64,000 bases of DNA from Chrysemys picta bellii (taxonomy: Eukaryota), in assembly GCF_011386835.1 (NCBI RefSeq), contig NC_088801.1:24614001-24678000 (forward strand), in the 5' to 3' direction. Below the pieces are notes generated by a model. The model saw nothing but the letters and a program-made list of their open reading frames with translations, ran no database searches and was not told the origin of the DNA. Below, piece by piece: positions 63,545-64,000 of the stretch (positions are counted from its first letter, which is position 1; each line of letters opens with the position of its first letter). A program made the translations under genes and the position numbers.

Positions 63545-64000
63545 CATCAACAATCCCTCAGAGTTCGAGTATTATCGTCTTCCATAAAATGATAGCCAGG
63601 TATCGCTTGTGGATCCACAGGTGGGTAATGAGACTAATCCAGGATCCAAGATCTTGTCTCAATTGGGGCAGACATTTCCCAATGCAAGAGGTGGATCTGG
63701 ATTGTTGAGTCAGGCTATGGCGCATCCTTTCCTTATTTCCTGTTTTTCTATTGGATCTTGAAATACTGGGATCTTTGCCACAAGGTCCTTTTCCATTTTG
63801 GTCAGTCAAGGGCTTGGGTTCCCCATGAGTCTATGTCAATATTGCACTTCTTCATGTTTGCTATGAGGGTGTCTTTGAAACACCTTTTTTTGCCTGCCCC
63901 ATATCCCGTTGTGAGAACATTACCTGCTTTTCTGGCATTCGAGGAGCATGACCAGCCCACCAGAGTTGACGGTGAATGATCAACACTTCAATGCTGGTGG
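63545..64000 (-). mobile_element. RTE-clade LINE 3' end (runs off the window)
   Basis: Minus-strand translation TSIEVLIIHRQLWWAGHAPRMPEKQVMFSQ, then after frameshifts KKRCFKDTLIANMKKCNIDIDSW and LGNVCPN*DKI..GSWISLITHLWIHK. These are the RTE QLRWxGHxxRM motif and C-terminal CCHH-like motif. Degenerate. Confidence 0.85.

Noticed and set aside
1-64000. CRISPR arrays, operons or other prokaryotic systems
   Set aside because: No regularly spaced direct repeats and no gene-dense ORFs. All evidence indicates vertebrate nuclear DNA.

Overview
AT-rich, CpG-poor vertebrate DNA from a draft assembly with three N gaps (263-410, 30835-31034, 45660-45831). The repeat content points to a turtle (inference, family names recalled from memory, no database search run): CR1 LINEs with ATTCTATG tails, MIR-like and LF-SINE relics, Penelope-type inverted remnants and many hAT/Harbinger/Tc1 MITEs. 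No multi-exon protein-coding gene could be named. The only long real ORF (23436-24179) is the 3' part of a young CR1 ORF2. The best host-gene candidate is on the + strand: a 30-nt exon at 1284-1313 that could splice to a terminal exon at 7214, with a putative 3' UTR ending near AATAAA at 8074-8083. The most interesting signal is three Penelope-like foldback remnants (14512, 20728, 52921) carrying minimal hammerhead-ribozyme cores, of which one (minus strand, 20779-20819) has all core elements. Also notable: three LF-SINE relics (two with splice-site-flanked mini-segments), a nested foldback composite at 44.7-48.5 kb, two unclassified near-perfect hairpins (41355, 62737), a DIRS relic and an RTE 3' end. 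Nearly all ORF-track entries are chance ORFs.
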